A DNA stretch of 64,000 bases from Vicugna vicugna (lineage: Eukaryota): positions 3,300,081 through 3,364,080 of the forward strand of contig MU058718.1 of NCBI GenBank assembly GCA_013265495.1, read 5' to 3'. Position 1 is the stretch's first letter; every line of letters begins with the position of its first letter. Of the stretch, positions 23,501-37,410 are shown piece by piece. The notes beneath the pieces are model-generated. The model had not been told where the DNA came from. It was given only the letters and a program-made list of their open reading frames with translations, and did no database searches. Made by a program: the position numbers and the translations under genes.

Positions 23501-26500
23501 TGTTTCTGAGTTGTGTTTATTTTGTTTTTTGCATCTGTATACTTTCTGCCCTTTCTCCTTGAGTTCTACTTCTTTTCATCTTACTTCTTTCCCTTCCCCA
23601 ACCCCTAAACCCAAAGCAGTGGGTATGGGGAGGAGATATGACAATAGCTGGAAATCATTCTATTTCCCTTTTCTTTCCATTTCACGTCTGTTGACTCTAA
23701 GCCCCGCCCCGACCAGATCACAGAGTATGTAAATCTGACGTCACACTGGATCCCCCAAGCAGTGAGCCTACCACCTAGCAGCCCTCAGATGACCCCTGCT
23801 CTGCAGATCCACCTGAGGGCAGGAGGGGGAGTGTTGCAGAAGCCATACAGGACACACATTTGCAGTCTTCCTTTTGCTCCCTCTGGCTCTCCTATGACAC
23901 TTTTGGTTCTAGAAAGTCAAAGCTGCAGTTAGGAACTGTTGCCCTCCCCAGAGCACTCCCAAGATTCACTAGAAGGGTTTTAAACTAGGTTCCCAAGTAT
24001 ATTTGATTAAATGACCTCCAGCAGCTGTAAACAGCAGTACACTATTCTGTGAAGAAATATGCAGATATAATGACTTACTGAGGTTTTCATTTGTCCCCAG
24101 TTCTGGGAGTTCTTCATTTTTGCCCTTCTGCCTCTTTTGTATGCCTGGCCAAGAGCTTTCCTGTGTAGTGATTGTTGTCAGATGGGCTCTGGCCTTGAGA
24201 ACCAGATACGTATCCTGTTTGTCAATTTAATGACCTGCTTTAGTTCATTTTACAATTAGATATCCCTCTGCCCCATGGCCTAATTCAGTTTTCATTAATT
24301 TTCCTTTTAATGAAGAACTTTGAGATTTAGTTTTACCATGCCTTGGCTATGTTCTATTTTAAATTATAGGTTACCATTTTGTCCTAATTCAAACTACCAG
24401 TAACACCTGAATTTTGAGTTGCAGTTGAGCATATAAAAATACTGATTTGCTATGGTATAACTACCTATAATTATACTTCTAGTAAACAGAGTTGTTTATG
24501 GATTCCAAACTTTAGAGCACTATCCAAGGGATTCTTTCTCCCCAAGGGGTTTTTATGCCTGATTTTTGCCACAAGCCTCAGAGATCTTCCTAGTGCCCTT
24601 TATGATCAAAATAGTTCAGGGATTTGTAACTGGCTCTTTTGTTTATGTCACTGGGACTAATACATCTAAATATGTACACTTGTATCTTCCAATAATTATA
24701 GATTTAAAAAATGAAATTCTAAGATAAGATCTTTCTTTTAATGACCCAGTAACTTTGAAGTTTTTAAAAAATTAATTTAACACTTTATCTCATGATTTTG
24801 CTGCCCAAATCATCTTAAATAGGCCATGGCTTGGTATTAAGCCACCATCTGGGGCAATTTAGTAGTTGCTTTTTAGGTTCAAGGTGGCCTTCTGCTGGGG
24901 TAAGTTAATTGTCTAACCAGGCCCTGGTATTGTCCCAGCTGCAAAGCAGATGGTGCAGGGAGCAGAGCAGGGCCCACTGCATGGTTTCATCTGCTTACAG
25001 GTCATGACACACTCTCCGTGTCTCTCTGCTGGGGGCTCAAAAACATTCTCTTTCACCTCTGCCTCCCTAGCCCCAATAGAGAGCTGAAATATGAACTGTC
25101 TTTTTATGTAATAAAAGATGATGGAATGACTTCCACAAGTGTTGAAAAAAATTTACTTGAGTTTAGGGAGAAGGCCTAGGTTAGGAGTCCCCTAAAGAAC
25201 AGGTGTTGCAGTGTGTTTGAATAGTGGGCCATTTGCTAGGCTGTGGGAACGTGCTGGGTGTAGCTGGCTGCCTGACACATCAGGGTGTCACTGATTAATA
25301 CATCACATGAAATATGTTAACACCATGGTTGTAGGGAATGGTGCCCGGTGTGGTATGAAGCTGAATTTAAAAAAAAAAAAAAAAAAGATCTGTAACTTGT
25401 TTGTTCTGCTTGGTTTAGCCTAATGTGAGATTTAAAGAGTATCATATTTTGGAGTATAAATAATAAGCTTTCCATTCACTTACTTGGTAAAGCTATAAAA
25501 CCTGTTACTTTTTCTTTTATACCAACCAGGTCCAATGACATTAAACTTTCAAAAAGTAAAATTGTCTTTTCTATGAAACATAATGCAATCAAACAATATT
25601 CTACTCAAAAGCACATCTCCCAGAGATCAGATAACTCTTTACCCTAATTAGATTTTTCCACCCTAATTAGAATTTTTAAAGTATTATCAGAATTTAATAT
25701 TCTATTTCATGAATGTAGTATATATCCAAAGTGTATTACTTTGTCTTGACTTCCTTTGAATGACATTTCTGTCTCATAGAAGCTCTTGTTCATATTTTTG
25801 AAGGGAGTAGGTGTAGAACCATTTGCAGCCATTATATAGCTTTTTGAAGTATGTTATGTGTTTTCTGAGTGATCTGTCTACTCCTCTTACATCTTTCAGA
25901 CAGGCTGGCAAATCTGTAGTAGCTCTTACCATCTTGAAATACAGTTGACAGAAACTGATGGAAACACTTTGCAACTACTGGGGAAAATCTTATAATTGGA
26001 TTATAATTTTCCTTTCCTAAGGGAAAATACCATTTAGACATAGGAAATAGGCTGATAAATATAAACTGAGCTTTGAAGCAACTGGATCGTTACATCGACA
26101 ACTTCTGGTGATTCTCAGTGAGTTAAAGAATCTCTTCTCTGTGCCGGAAGTCTTACATGAAAACAGAACAGTTTTCTCTGTTTTCCTTTATTGGATCTCT
26201 CCAGATCTCATAGGAAATATGCAGGTCAGTTGTAATAAGTGTCACTGATTAGACTGTTGGTTTATGAACATTTTTTTCAAGTTCCATCTTAAAACTCAAG
26301 TCGTAGTCTGAGGCTCTCCTCTCTCTAGCAAAGGACACAGGAGCTGGGATCAGACCCTGGGTTCCAAGAAGTTGAGAAGAGTATTTTGCTCATCTATTTA
26401 AATGCTTTGTGGACTCCAATCTGATCCGTCAGGGCCTCAAGAAACAATTGGTCTTGGCCTTCAGGGAGCAGAAACTGGGGTGGAGGGAAAGGAGGGAGAG

Positions 26501-26668
26501 GAGGAGGAGGCAAGTGACATAGGCAGAGCAGCCTCCCTCCGTGGGAAGGTCCATCCTGACTTTGGATGGGAGGGAAGGGGAGTTGTTGCAGCCAGGCCTG
26601 AGGGGAGGCACTGTTTTCACCAAGTCTACAGAATACATGTCGGCACATTAGGAATTCCTCTTCATAAA

Positions 26669-27218
26669 TTAAAACCCAAACTCACAAACTAAAGACCTGC
26701 AACCTAATGTCCATTGAGAGATGACTGGATAAAGAAGTTGTGGTATATATTTATACAACAGAATGCTACTCAGCCATAAAAGAGAGTAAAATAATGCCAT
26801 CTGCAGCAACATGAATGGGCCTGGAAATACTATACTAAGTAAGCCAAAAAGAAAGATAAATATCATATGGTATCATTTATATGTGGAATTTTTAAAAAAA
26901 TGACACAAATGAACTTATTTACAAAACAGAAACAGACCCACAGACATATGAAACTAATTTATTGTTTAGGGGGGTTGGGAGGAGGGTGGAAGCATGAATT
27001 GGGAGTTCAGGATTTGTAGATACACACTATTATACATAAAACAGATAAGCAACAAGGTCCTAATGTATAGAACAGGGAACTATATTCAATATCTTGTAAT
27101 GGCCTATAATGAAAAATAATATTAAAAAGAATATGTATATGTATAACTGAATCATTATGCTATACACCAGAAATTAACACAAGTATACTTCAATTTTTTT
27201 TTAATTTTAAAAAATCTG
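26669..27218 (+). mobile_element. Lineage-specific L1 3'UTR (5'-truncated)
   Basis: caacctaatgtccattg..gatgactggataaagaag...tatacttcaat; TSD ctcttcataaa (26658-26668, 27219-27229). Confidence 0.88.
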
Positions 27219-30200
27219 CTCTTCATAAAGTGCAGCAATCTGCCAGCGAATTGGTGGGATTCCTCCTGCAGCATCAACCTATGATGACAGTCAACATTCG
27301 AGATAATTATCACTCATAAGAAGTAAAGTAACATTTTAAGGATTGGTTAGGGGCTCCTTTGTTAGATAATGTGATTCTACAGAAATTCTGGTTCACCCTG
27401 ATGAAATGCAAGGATTATGAAAATTAGATAAACTAAAAATACTTCTAAGAACAACAGAAAATTAAGTTTAAGATATTGCATGCATCTAAGGAGAACAGAA
27501 ATCTGAGCTGTGCTCAAGGAGGTATCTTTTACAAAAGCAGGGCAGATATAGAAACAGAAATTTGAGCAGTGGATTACAGCCAATTTTATGTCATTTGGAT
27601 TAAGAACAAATGGTACTACAGCATCTATCGTTAGATAAGAACATATCCTGCCCGAACAGAGAATGGGAAAAAGTGATTTATGAGGTACTTTTGAAGAAAA
27701 CATGCCTTCTGGAAAACAAATGAGAGACAATCAATGCAACAGCTGTACACTGTGACTATTAAAATTCAGGAACCCAACTGATATAAATTGAAGCATTAGC
27801 TTAAGATGAGTAGGTGAGATACCGTGAGGTTGATACCCATCTCAGGCTCTTCGTATTCAGATGATCATAACTAAGTAAGTCTCTACTCTTTTATTTTTCC
27901 AACATACATAAACTCCACCAGTGACCTAAACTTAGTTATTTTGTCTTTGTATGTTTTCAATGTATTTAAGAGAAACAATAAAAATAACCAAGAAAAATCA
28001 TCCACTAAAAGGAGGCCTTTTAGCTATTTAGAACCTTCAAGTCTAGAAACTTTGAGTCATCTAAATTGATGTTCAAGGACATGGTAATTTTTTATTAAAT
28101 TGGAAGATGGGTTCTAGGATCAAGGAGGTGTCATGTACTGGCACTCACTTCTGGAGGGCAGCACGAGAGTCATGTCTGTCTGATACTGCATCAGGTGTTT
28201 AACACAGGAAAGGCAGAGCGCATCCCTGTGTTTTAATGACACATTTCCAGGGCAGAGTGGACGTGTGATCCTTCATCTCTTCCTTCACCTGCTCTTGTCT
28301 CTCTCAGCCATCTCCTCTGCCTTCACCAGCTCATGTGGCCCCTGGTGCAGCATACATTAACATTATATAAAAGTGTTACCCCAAGTTTTTGAAAAGCTTT
28401 ATTGAGCTCACCCACACTTCACCTCACCAGGGATAATTAGTAAGTTCTACATTCACCCACTTGTCATTTTTACGGGGTCTTTCTTTTAATATGGTGTGGT
28501 ATTTATTGTTGAGAGCAATGTTCCCTCTGGAAATAATACATGAGAAATAGTCAGAAATTATTAGCTCCAGGGACGTATTGGATTACAGATAGGAAACCTT
28601 GGAGAGGTAAAGCCTTCCATGGGGACTAAACTCCCAGGAGACATAGCCACCTGCACCGTCTTTATTTCCTTGTTTCTTCCCACAGGTTCTGCTTTGCTTC
28701 CATCAAGAGAATGCTGCTTTGCCTCCTCTAGCATACGGATGGGTAAGAAAAGTCCAACAAGTTTCAAGTTCAATCAGAAAGCTATCAAATAATTGTGAAT
28801 GAGGGTCCCCTGCATTGTCCTACAGCCATGTTTTACCGAAGTAACTCTTAAAAGATGCAACAGGGATTCCAATGATTACTGGGGAAATTTGGGCTCAACA
28901 TGTGAAGAATTTCATGGAGGCAAGGTTGATTATATACTGAAACTGGATGTTGAACAAGGTCATGGGATAGTGATCTAATGGAAAGGTCTTTTTTTAAATA
29001 TAACTTTTATTTAAAAATATGCCAGTCTGCGTGGACATGAAAAAAAATTAAAAAAATAAAAATATGACAGTCTGTTTTATGACATAGTAGCAATTTGACT
29101 ATAGGCAGAACACTGGATAATGGGTTGTCAGTTCACAAATGTTTTCTACAGTGCCTATAATTAAATAAGAAATATCTCATTTTTCTTTTTCAAAAAGCCT
29201 TTAAAATATTCCTGTGTTCATAAGAGATGTTCCAAACATAAAGCATTTGGACTCTGATATACCTACTTTGACTGCTGGAATATATGGAACAATAGATTTG
29301 TCAGACTGTTTTCCAACCAAAATAGATTCAAAAGTGAAAAAAAAAACTCCCTTTCCCCATAGGCAAGAATATCTTGCATTCCTCAGACTAAAATTTATTC
29401 CAATCTATTTTCTATTCATCTAGTCCATTCCTTTGACAGAGGATTATTTCCTAGTACATCATAAAGTGTGAAATGAATGGGTGAATGTGAAATGAAGTTA
29501 GCTAATAATTATATCTCATAATATCTATAGTAGAAGTTATAAAAGTCACTGACTTAAAAATCCTTTGTGAGATAAATATTCTTTCTTTCTACTTTGTATT
29601 CTAACATAGAGAAACTTAACATTTTGGATTTAAGTTGCTACTTGAATCGTGACTGGTGGCATTTTTGAAAAGGAAATGCCAAACTGTTTTAAGAAAGATT
29701 TCAAACAACAGAAGAATAAAGGGAGAATCAGAACTAAAACTGGGGTAGAAAGAAATCCCTGTCACTAAGAGATTGACACTTTCATTCATCTTGTGTAATT
29801 ATTTCAGTCAGAAATGTCTTCCATCATACACCACCTTAGCCATCCTAGTTATCACTGCTGTGGGACTGAACACTGAGTCTCTCCTACTTTTTTTTTTGCA
29901 CATAGCCAAACATATATTGCTAATTTTTTTCCTAGCAGCCTTACAATTACCCATATTCTGCCCCATGAAAGAATTTAAGGTGAGCACTGTTCCCAAGGAG
30001 TCGTCTGGTTCTGGTCTGTTACCTTCAGGTAAGTAAATAATGAAACCAGTCATCTAAATACATCTTGATATTCCCCATGCTTATACGCTTTACACTTACA
30101 GAACCATATTATCTTTGTGCCAGGATAGAATCTGATGTTTAAAATTGTCCTGACATAACATCCTATGTTCCAGTATAATCAGCTTTGGTGACTTCTAGTC

Positions 30201-30322
30201 CATTCTTTCCTCAAGCACAGCCATTTGGTATATTTTTAGATTCATCGATGTATTCACCACCTTGTTTAAAGTGTTTAAGGTATTTGGGAGTGTATCCTGT
30301 AATTCAACAGGAGACTTACAAA

Positions 30323-30830
30323 CTAGTGTTTCTCAAAGTATCTATGGTGAAAGATGATTTTTTAAAATTTTCTCACTTTCACAGACTAGTCGTTTTGTAA
30401 AATACAATGAAAAGGAATTACTAGAAAATGATACTGGATATCAGCAAAATCAAATTGCTATAAAAAAAACATTGAAAACTAGACTCTCGATTTTTGTACT
30501 TACTTTGTCACAAAGAAGGCTCAGTGACAGTCTGTGCCTTCCTTGCATAGCACTATTCTCAAACATCCTTGTTACTTTATCTCAGGGTTTTGTCCTGTAT
30601 GTTCATCATTGTCATGCCAAGGACGAGGGGTGGGAGCAGACCCCCTGGGTGCGTGCAGTAGGAAGTTGTATTGTCTGTAGACAATTTTTAAGCAATCATA
30701 AAACTGGATAAAAATCAGCCTGCTTTTTGTTATCATCATGCACCATTCAATCAGTAATGATTCTAAACAATGTCAGTGATAAAATCTTCTCCCTGAAAAA
30801 AAAACACTACTCTCTCCTCCAAAATCTTTT
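30323..30830. mobile_element. Two adjacent hAT MITE relics (Charlie-like ~30323-30565; Tip100/MER97-like ~30583-30830)
   Basis: ctagtgtttctcaaagt TIR-like start; ttgtattgtctgtagacaatt...ctaaacaatgtcagtgataaaat. Confidence 0.5.
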
Positions 30831-30929
30831 TCATACACAGAGAAACTACTATTTACACTTTAATCATGATCTCTAGTTCCCCACACTCTCTGCTGTCAAA
30901 TAGGACACACTACTTTATTAAGAGTCTGA

Positions 30930-32608
30930 CCAAAGGTGTACTGTGTTCTTGGATGGGAAGAATCAGTTTTGTTAAGATAACCATACTACCCAAGGCAATC
31001 TACAGATTCAATGCAATCCCTATCAAATTACCAATGGCATTTTTCACAGAGCTAGAACAAAAAAATTTTTAATTTGTATGGAAACACAAAAAACCCCAAA
31101 TAGCCAAAGCAATCTTGAACAAGAAGAATGGAGCTAGAGGAATCATGCTCCCTGACTCCAGACTGTACTCTAAAACTACAGTAGTCAAAACAGTATGGTA
31201 CTGGCACAAAAACAGACATACAGATCAATGGAACAGGATAGAAAGCCCAGAAATAAACCCATGCTCTTATGGCCAACTAATCTATGACAAAGGAGGCAGA
31301 AATATACAATGAAGAAAAGACAGTGTGTTCAGTAAGTGGTGCTGGGAAAACTGGACAGCTACATGTAAAAGAATAAAATTAGAACATTCTCTAACACCAT
31401 ATACAAAAATAAACTCATTTAGGTCAATAAAGACCTAAATGTAAGACAGGATACCATAAAGCTCTTAGAGGAAGACATAGGCAGAACACAATTTGACATT
31501 AAACACAGCAATTGTTTTTTGATCCATCTCCTACAGTAATGGAAATAAAAACAAAAATGAATGGGACCTAATTAAACTTGAAAGTCTTTGTAGTAAAAAG
31601 GAAACCATAAACAAAATGAAAAGACAACCTATAGAATGGAAGAAAATATTTGCATATGATGCAACCAACAAGGGATTAATTTCTGAAACATATAAATAGC
31701 TCATATAGTTTAATATCAAAAAAAACAAACATCCAATCAAAAAATGACCAGAAGATCTAAATAGACATTTCTCCAAAGATGACATACAGTTGGCCTACAG
31801 GTATGTGAAAACTTGCTCAATATTGCTAATTACTAGAGAAATCCAAATCCGACTACAATGAGGTATCACCTCACACCAGTCAGAGTGACCATCATTAAAA
31901 AGTCTACAAATGATAAATACTGGAGAAGGTATGGAGAAAAGGGAACTCTCCTACACTGTTGGTGGGAGTGTAAATTGGTGCAGCTTCTGTGGAGAACGGT
32001 ATGAAGTTTCCTTAAAAAACTAAAAATAGACTCACCATATGATCCAGCAATCCCACTCCTGGGCATATATCTGGAGAAAACTCTAATTTGAGAAGATACG
32101 TGTACCTCAATGTTCATGGCAGCACTATGTACAATAGCGAAGGCATGGAAACAACCTAAATGTCCATTGACAGATGACTGGATAAAGAAGCTGTTTTATA
32201 TATACATATAAATATATATAAAATTCAGCCATATTATTCAGTCATAAAAAAAGAATGAAATAATGCCATTTCCAGCAGCATGGATGGAACTAGAGATGAT
32301 TATATTAAGCAAAGTAAATTAGACAGAGAAAGACAAATATCATATGGTATCACTTATATGTTGAATCTAAAAAAAATGATACAAATGAACTTATTTACAA
32401 AATAGAAATAGACTCACATAGAAGGCAAACTTATGGTTACCAAAGGGGAAGGCGGAGTGAGGAAAGGGATAAATTAGGAGTTTGGGATTAATAGATACAC
32501 ATCACTGTACATAAAACAGATAAACACCAAGGTTCTACTGTATCGCGCAGGATACTATATTCAATATTGTATAATAACCTATAATAGAAAAAATTCTGAA
32601 AAATAATT

Positions 32609-32642
<34 letters not shown>

Positions 32643-32710
32643 AATCATTTTGCAATACCCCTGAAACTAACAAAACATTGTAAATTAACTATACTTCAAT
32701 TTTTAAAAAA
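30930..32710 (+). mobile_element. Lineage-specific L1: ORF2 C-terminal region and 3'UTR, decayed
   Basis: ORF2 fragments [30 protein letters not shown] and [25 protein letters not shown] with stops and frameshifts; complete 3'UTR. Confidence 0.95.
32609..32642. repeat. (TA)n(TG)n microsatellite within the L1 3'UTR
   Basis: tatatatatgtgtgtgtgtgtgtgtgtgtgtgtg. Confidence 0.9.
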
Positions 32711-33213
32711 GATAAATATTGGGGACCAATTTTTTTATAAAAGAGTCAATTCAGAAAATAATGAATAAATAAGTAATAAATAATAATAAATAATTATTCT
32801 TAGCTGTTCAGAATTAAATTTCTCCAATGTATCTCTGTTTTTAACAATATTTGAACAATAGCATATTCATCACTACTTAGTTTGGCTTTTGAGATCAACT
32901 ATACCCCATTCTTTTTTCCTCCAGTGTTTAGGCTTAACCTATACCTCTGTATCTTAAATTTCTATCTGAGGAGTTTTTTTTTTTTAATTTCCCCTAATTA
33001 TACCAGATGATTCTTTCCCACTCTGAAATCCACCCATTGTTGACTTAGTCTTCCAGTTGATTTAAGTCAACTTAAAAATTGTTCCTGCTTCCTAGAATCA
33101 GAATGGGCACAGTCCTAGATTAAGTTCCCTAGAAGCAGAGCCTGCAGTAGGGATTTGGGGTGTTTTATTGCCACATAATAAAAGCAAGAGCAGATTTTGA
33201 AGTGGGTTAAGGC

Positions 33214-33403
33214 TAGGGTCAGCAAATAAAATACAGGGTGTCCAGTGACATTTGAATTTCAGATTAGCAGCGGATACTTTTAGTACAAGTGTGTCCCAGA
33301 TATTACATGGGACAAATTTACACTAAAAAGTATTTGCTGTTTATCTGCAATTTAAATTGAACGGCGTGTCCTGTATTTTTATCTGCTACATGTGGCAACC
33401 CTA
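33214..33403. mobile_element. MER53-like palindromic hAT MITE
   Basis: tagggt..agcaaataaaatacagg...tttgaatttcagat...tgtcccagatattacatgggaca...cctgtatttttatc...ggcaacccta. Confidence 0.85.
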
Positions 33404-34395
33404 GGTGAGGAGAGAAGCCCCCAAATTCTAATCTGTTTTTCTAAAGCTATGGAGCAATCTCTATGAGTTTACTCAATAAAGAGAATGTAACCCAGATAAA
33501 AACAACTGGCAGTAAGCTGGGGGTTTTTCCAGATATTACCAAGTCTGAAATTAACCATTAAAAGTGGAAGGCATAGACGAGGGGAATGTCCCAACTCTAG
33601 GAGAAATAGAGGGAGTGAAAGAGGGAGAAACAAAGAAGACAGAAGGAAATATAAGGAAGAGAACAGAGAACAAGAAAGGAAGAAGACAGAGGGGAGAGAA
33701 AGAAACTACTTGGTGGAGGAAGATGGAACCACAGAGGAGAGGAGGTAACCATTTCCACCAGCTCAGCAGAAGTGGACTGGAGCCAGAGTCCACCAGCAGG
33801 GAACCCCATGGCCATTCCATTGCCAGCTCCAAAGCAAAGGTATCTCCCACCCCCAAAATCATGATGAGATGCTTATCAGGTGAAGAATCTAGTAAACTTC
33901 ATGTCCCAGCCCCGCAAAGGACAAGCTGTATGGTTAAGCCATAGGCCCAGAGTAATTTTTTTTTAGTATGAAAAATGCTTCTGTAACATCTGCTTGTATC
34001 CACTTTCTCCAAAATGAACCTCTCTAAGTAGGTAACAAACATCTTTTCTTATTCATGGCTTTGGAAATTATTGCAATAAAATATACTGGAATAGAGTCAT
34101 AAAGTGCCAGAAGACCCTACCAAGAAATCAGATATTTTAATTCTGTATACTACAAATAATATCCTAGAACTAGTTTTCCTACATAGTAGAAGCTTTTAAC
34201 ATTCCATTTATATTGTAATAGTAAAAACAAGTAAACATGTAATTCTGGCTGCTGAGTTTAAGCAGATGATGAAACTGAAGAGTGTCACAGAAATATTTGA
34301 CCCAAATATTTCTCGTAACAGAGAAAGAAATGAACTATTAGGTCTACATTTCATCTAAGCTGAGTTTCAAGAGATTTGGATCAGTTACAAAATCA

Positions 34396-34809
34396 TGGTA
34401 GCAGACTCCTCCCCACCGTCCCCACCTACCCCAGGTTACCCTGGGAGGATTCCACCTGCCAGCACCTCCATGTCTTCATCTGAGGACAAGAACTCCTGCT
34501 GCTGGAACCGGCAAAATGAAACATCACATTATATCACGTTTTGGTCAGCAGGCAGGAAAGTTAACTCTCCCTGGGAGCAGCCTTCAGCCATTCCCCTCCT
34601 CCTTAGGTGAGATAACCAAAGTGCGAGTGAGACCCAGGCTGGCTCAAGTTCCTCCAGTGGGGTTGAGCTAAGCCTCCCGCATGATAGCTGGCTGGATTGC
34701 ACCTTTTACTGGCTGCCATCCCTTCTTTGTCTCATCTCTTCACTCTTTTATCAGTGCTCTTTTTATCTCCCAAATCAACTACCTGCACTCAGGAACCCAA
34801 ACTGAGGCA
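34396..34809 (+). mobile_element. ERVL LTR (LTR16-like)
   Basis: gggagcagccttcagcca...ctcccaaatcaactacctgcactca..ggaacccaaactgaggca terminus. Confidence 0.65.
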
Positions 34810-35502
34810 GTCAAATTTCTAGAAGTCTCCTGTGTCTCCAAATTTCTGATCAGTATAATAGATTATTAGAAAGCATTTGGTTAATAAATCTCATTTTGTT
34901 ATACTTTATCATGTGCTATTGTGCAGAATGACAATAAATGCTGTTTGTATCACTTAAAGTTTTAAAAGAATTTATATATGTAAATTCTTTATGTAATATT
35001 AATAATGTAAATATACATAATGTAAATATTATGTAAATATATATAATGCTGAATCTGTTCTTTCATTCACTTCTATTTTCTCTTTTAGGTGAATTTGTGA
35101 ATTAGAAAAATACCAATAAGAAAAGTGAAACTTAGTATCAGTAAATAGCAATCACTTGGCCCTTAAGATCAACAAGAAGAAGAAAAACATAACTGCTTTA
35201 AAATAGAGAGTGAAATGAGGCAGACATAGAAGAGAATGAAGCCTGTTAAACATTCTGACATCATTTAAATTGCTAATTACTTCCTTTAGCAGCTAAATGG
35301 GCTAGGTTACCTTTGTCTGTGACCTACTAAATCAATGTCTAAAAACTCTAGAATTGAGAATTTCTGAGATTTCTTTGAACTCTAAACATTTCTTCTTAAG
35401 TAGCCCCAGGAAAGTCATCGCAATATTTCAGGCACTCTATTTCTCAGGCAAGAAATTATTTAAGAAAGTTAGGAGGAAAAAGACACTTTATTCAAGCCCC
35501 CA

Positions 35503-36028
35503 TGAGGTAGACGGTTGATATATTTTTGGCTGCCCTACTCTTGGAATACCCTTCCTATGTTGGGAGATTCTCCATCTTCTGAGTCCTGTCCTTCCCATAA
35601 CAAAAGCCAGAAACTCTTTCCCACCTCCCATGCAACTCGGCACCAGCATGTGACAGAGGTCACCCCAGTCAGACACACTCATGCAACACCTCGGTTCAGA
35701 AACTGGTGACCCACCTAAGCTAGTGCTACACAGATTCATTCTGGGGAAAGTGACTTGCAAAGACATGGACTTCTGGTGTCAGCCAGGGCAGAGGTTCAAC
35801 TACAAGGTAGAGCTTGTTTTGGGGGATATCAATGAGCTGTGGTGTTACCTCCATCTGGTGACTCCACGAGGCCATCCTGTGGTCAGATTTGCATGTTACT
35901 CTGGGCTGTATAACCTTCAAAGCTGATTCTCTGGTCTTTCGGAAGGATCTGTTTGCTACCAAAATCATTTGCTTAAACTAGCTAGAGTTTGCAACTCCAT
36001 GGCTTGCAACTAAGAGCTAGCGGAGACA
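35503..36028 (+). mobile_element. Old MaLR LTR (MLT1-family)
   Basis: ggctgccc...ttgcttaaactagctagagtt...gcttgcaactaagag 3' end. Confidence 0.55.
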
Positions 36029-37410
36029 CTGTTTATATGCAAAGCTACAGTGTGGGAAATTTAAAGACAATGAGATCTTGTTCTCAAGGAGTTTAGCTAG
36101 CACAGTGGAGAGAAAAAACGTAAATGATTGCAATGTACAGTAAACTCTGAGAAGGTAGAAAAGTATTGTAGGTAAGAGCAAACCCTTTGGAGCCATACTG
36201 CCTGCGGTTCAAATTCTGGCCCCACGATTGTTAATTTTGTTTCCTTGGACAAGTTACTTAACCGATCTGTGCCTCATAAATCTGTAAAATGGCAATAATA
36301 ATATGACCATCTTACAGGGTTTTATGGTGAAGAGTCCTGATTGGTTTCTCACATCCATTCTGTCCTCTCTGGGCACACGGCTGATCCACTAAAGATTTTC
36401 AACCTCCCTTAGAACTAAACCAATGCAGTTTTGCCACTAAGTGTTAACCAGTGGAATGAAAGCAGAAGCAGTGTGTACCACCGTAGCTTTACTTGGTTAA
36501 AAGGAAATTCCTTATCCTTGACTTACATTCTTTCTTCCCTTCCCTCCCAACTGTTTGACAATGGTGATTACGGATGATGAATGGTGATTGTGAAAGTTAA
36601 TGTTGAGGATGGGCCATCCTACTAGCCTGGGCTCATGGGTGACTCTGTGAAGCAGAACAACCTATCTACCATTATTGCAGTATTGTAGGAGAAATCAGTG
36701 TCTGTGTTAGGATTCTCCGAGAAACAGAGCCAATAGGAGAGAGAGAGAAGAGGAGATTTCTTATGGGACTTGGCTCACACAATGATGGAGGCTGAGAAAT
36801 GCTATTATTACTAAACTGAGTTTGGGTCTACTCGCCTGCCACACCACAAAGCCAATCTACCAATACCCAGTTGTGTTGAAGGAAAGTACAGTATTTGTTG
36901 CAGGTGCCAAGCAAGGAAGTTTGCTTGGGAAGCTTATGCACAAAAGACCCAAACTCCCCCACTGCTTTCAGGGAAGAGTTTTTAAAGGCAGTGTTAAGGG
37001 TGAGGGTCACAGGGTGCGTGATCAGCTTACGGATTTTCTTCTGATTTGTTGGTGAGGAAACAGAGAGATGTTTCAGGAACTGTATTCATTAACCTTCTGG
37101 TTCCAGTCAGTCTGGGTTATGTATGCTTGTGGTCAGCATGTAGTCACCATCCTCCACATGGGTTGGCGGGGGGTGGTCTTAGCTTCTGCAGAATAGCTCA
37201 AAGATATGTGTCTGATTGTTATATATATCCCTTTAGGAAGAAGTAGGGTCCTGTGATTCTGCTTTATTGCTGAACTGCTGTTTCATCATTACTTTTCTTG
37301 CTTGACTGCTTTTCCTTTGTGTCTGCATTTCCTCACTTCCCTAGTTAGTAACTGCTTGAGAGTCTGCTCTTTGGAATTCAGGGAAGGCCTAGGAGACTAA
37401 AGTCTTTTTT

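Noticed and set aside
25368..25386. Isolated poly(A) run
   Set aside because: No TSD or recognisable upstream retroelement; treated as a simple mononucleotide repeat.
25774..26041. Short minus-strand ORFs in unique DNA as a processed pseudogene
   Set aside because: No recognisable protein, poly(A) tail or TSD.
33564..33944. 126-aa charged ORF
   Set aside because: Produced by a purine-rich (GA) low-complexity tract; no splice or homology support.
34289..34313. 11-bp inverted repeat agaaatatttg-acc-caaatatttct (and a 9-bp one at 2926-2948)
   Set aside because: Short and, for the first, AT-rich; a few such hairpins are expected in 64 kb and nothing else supports a function.
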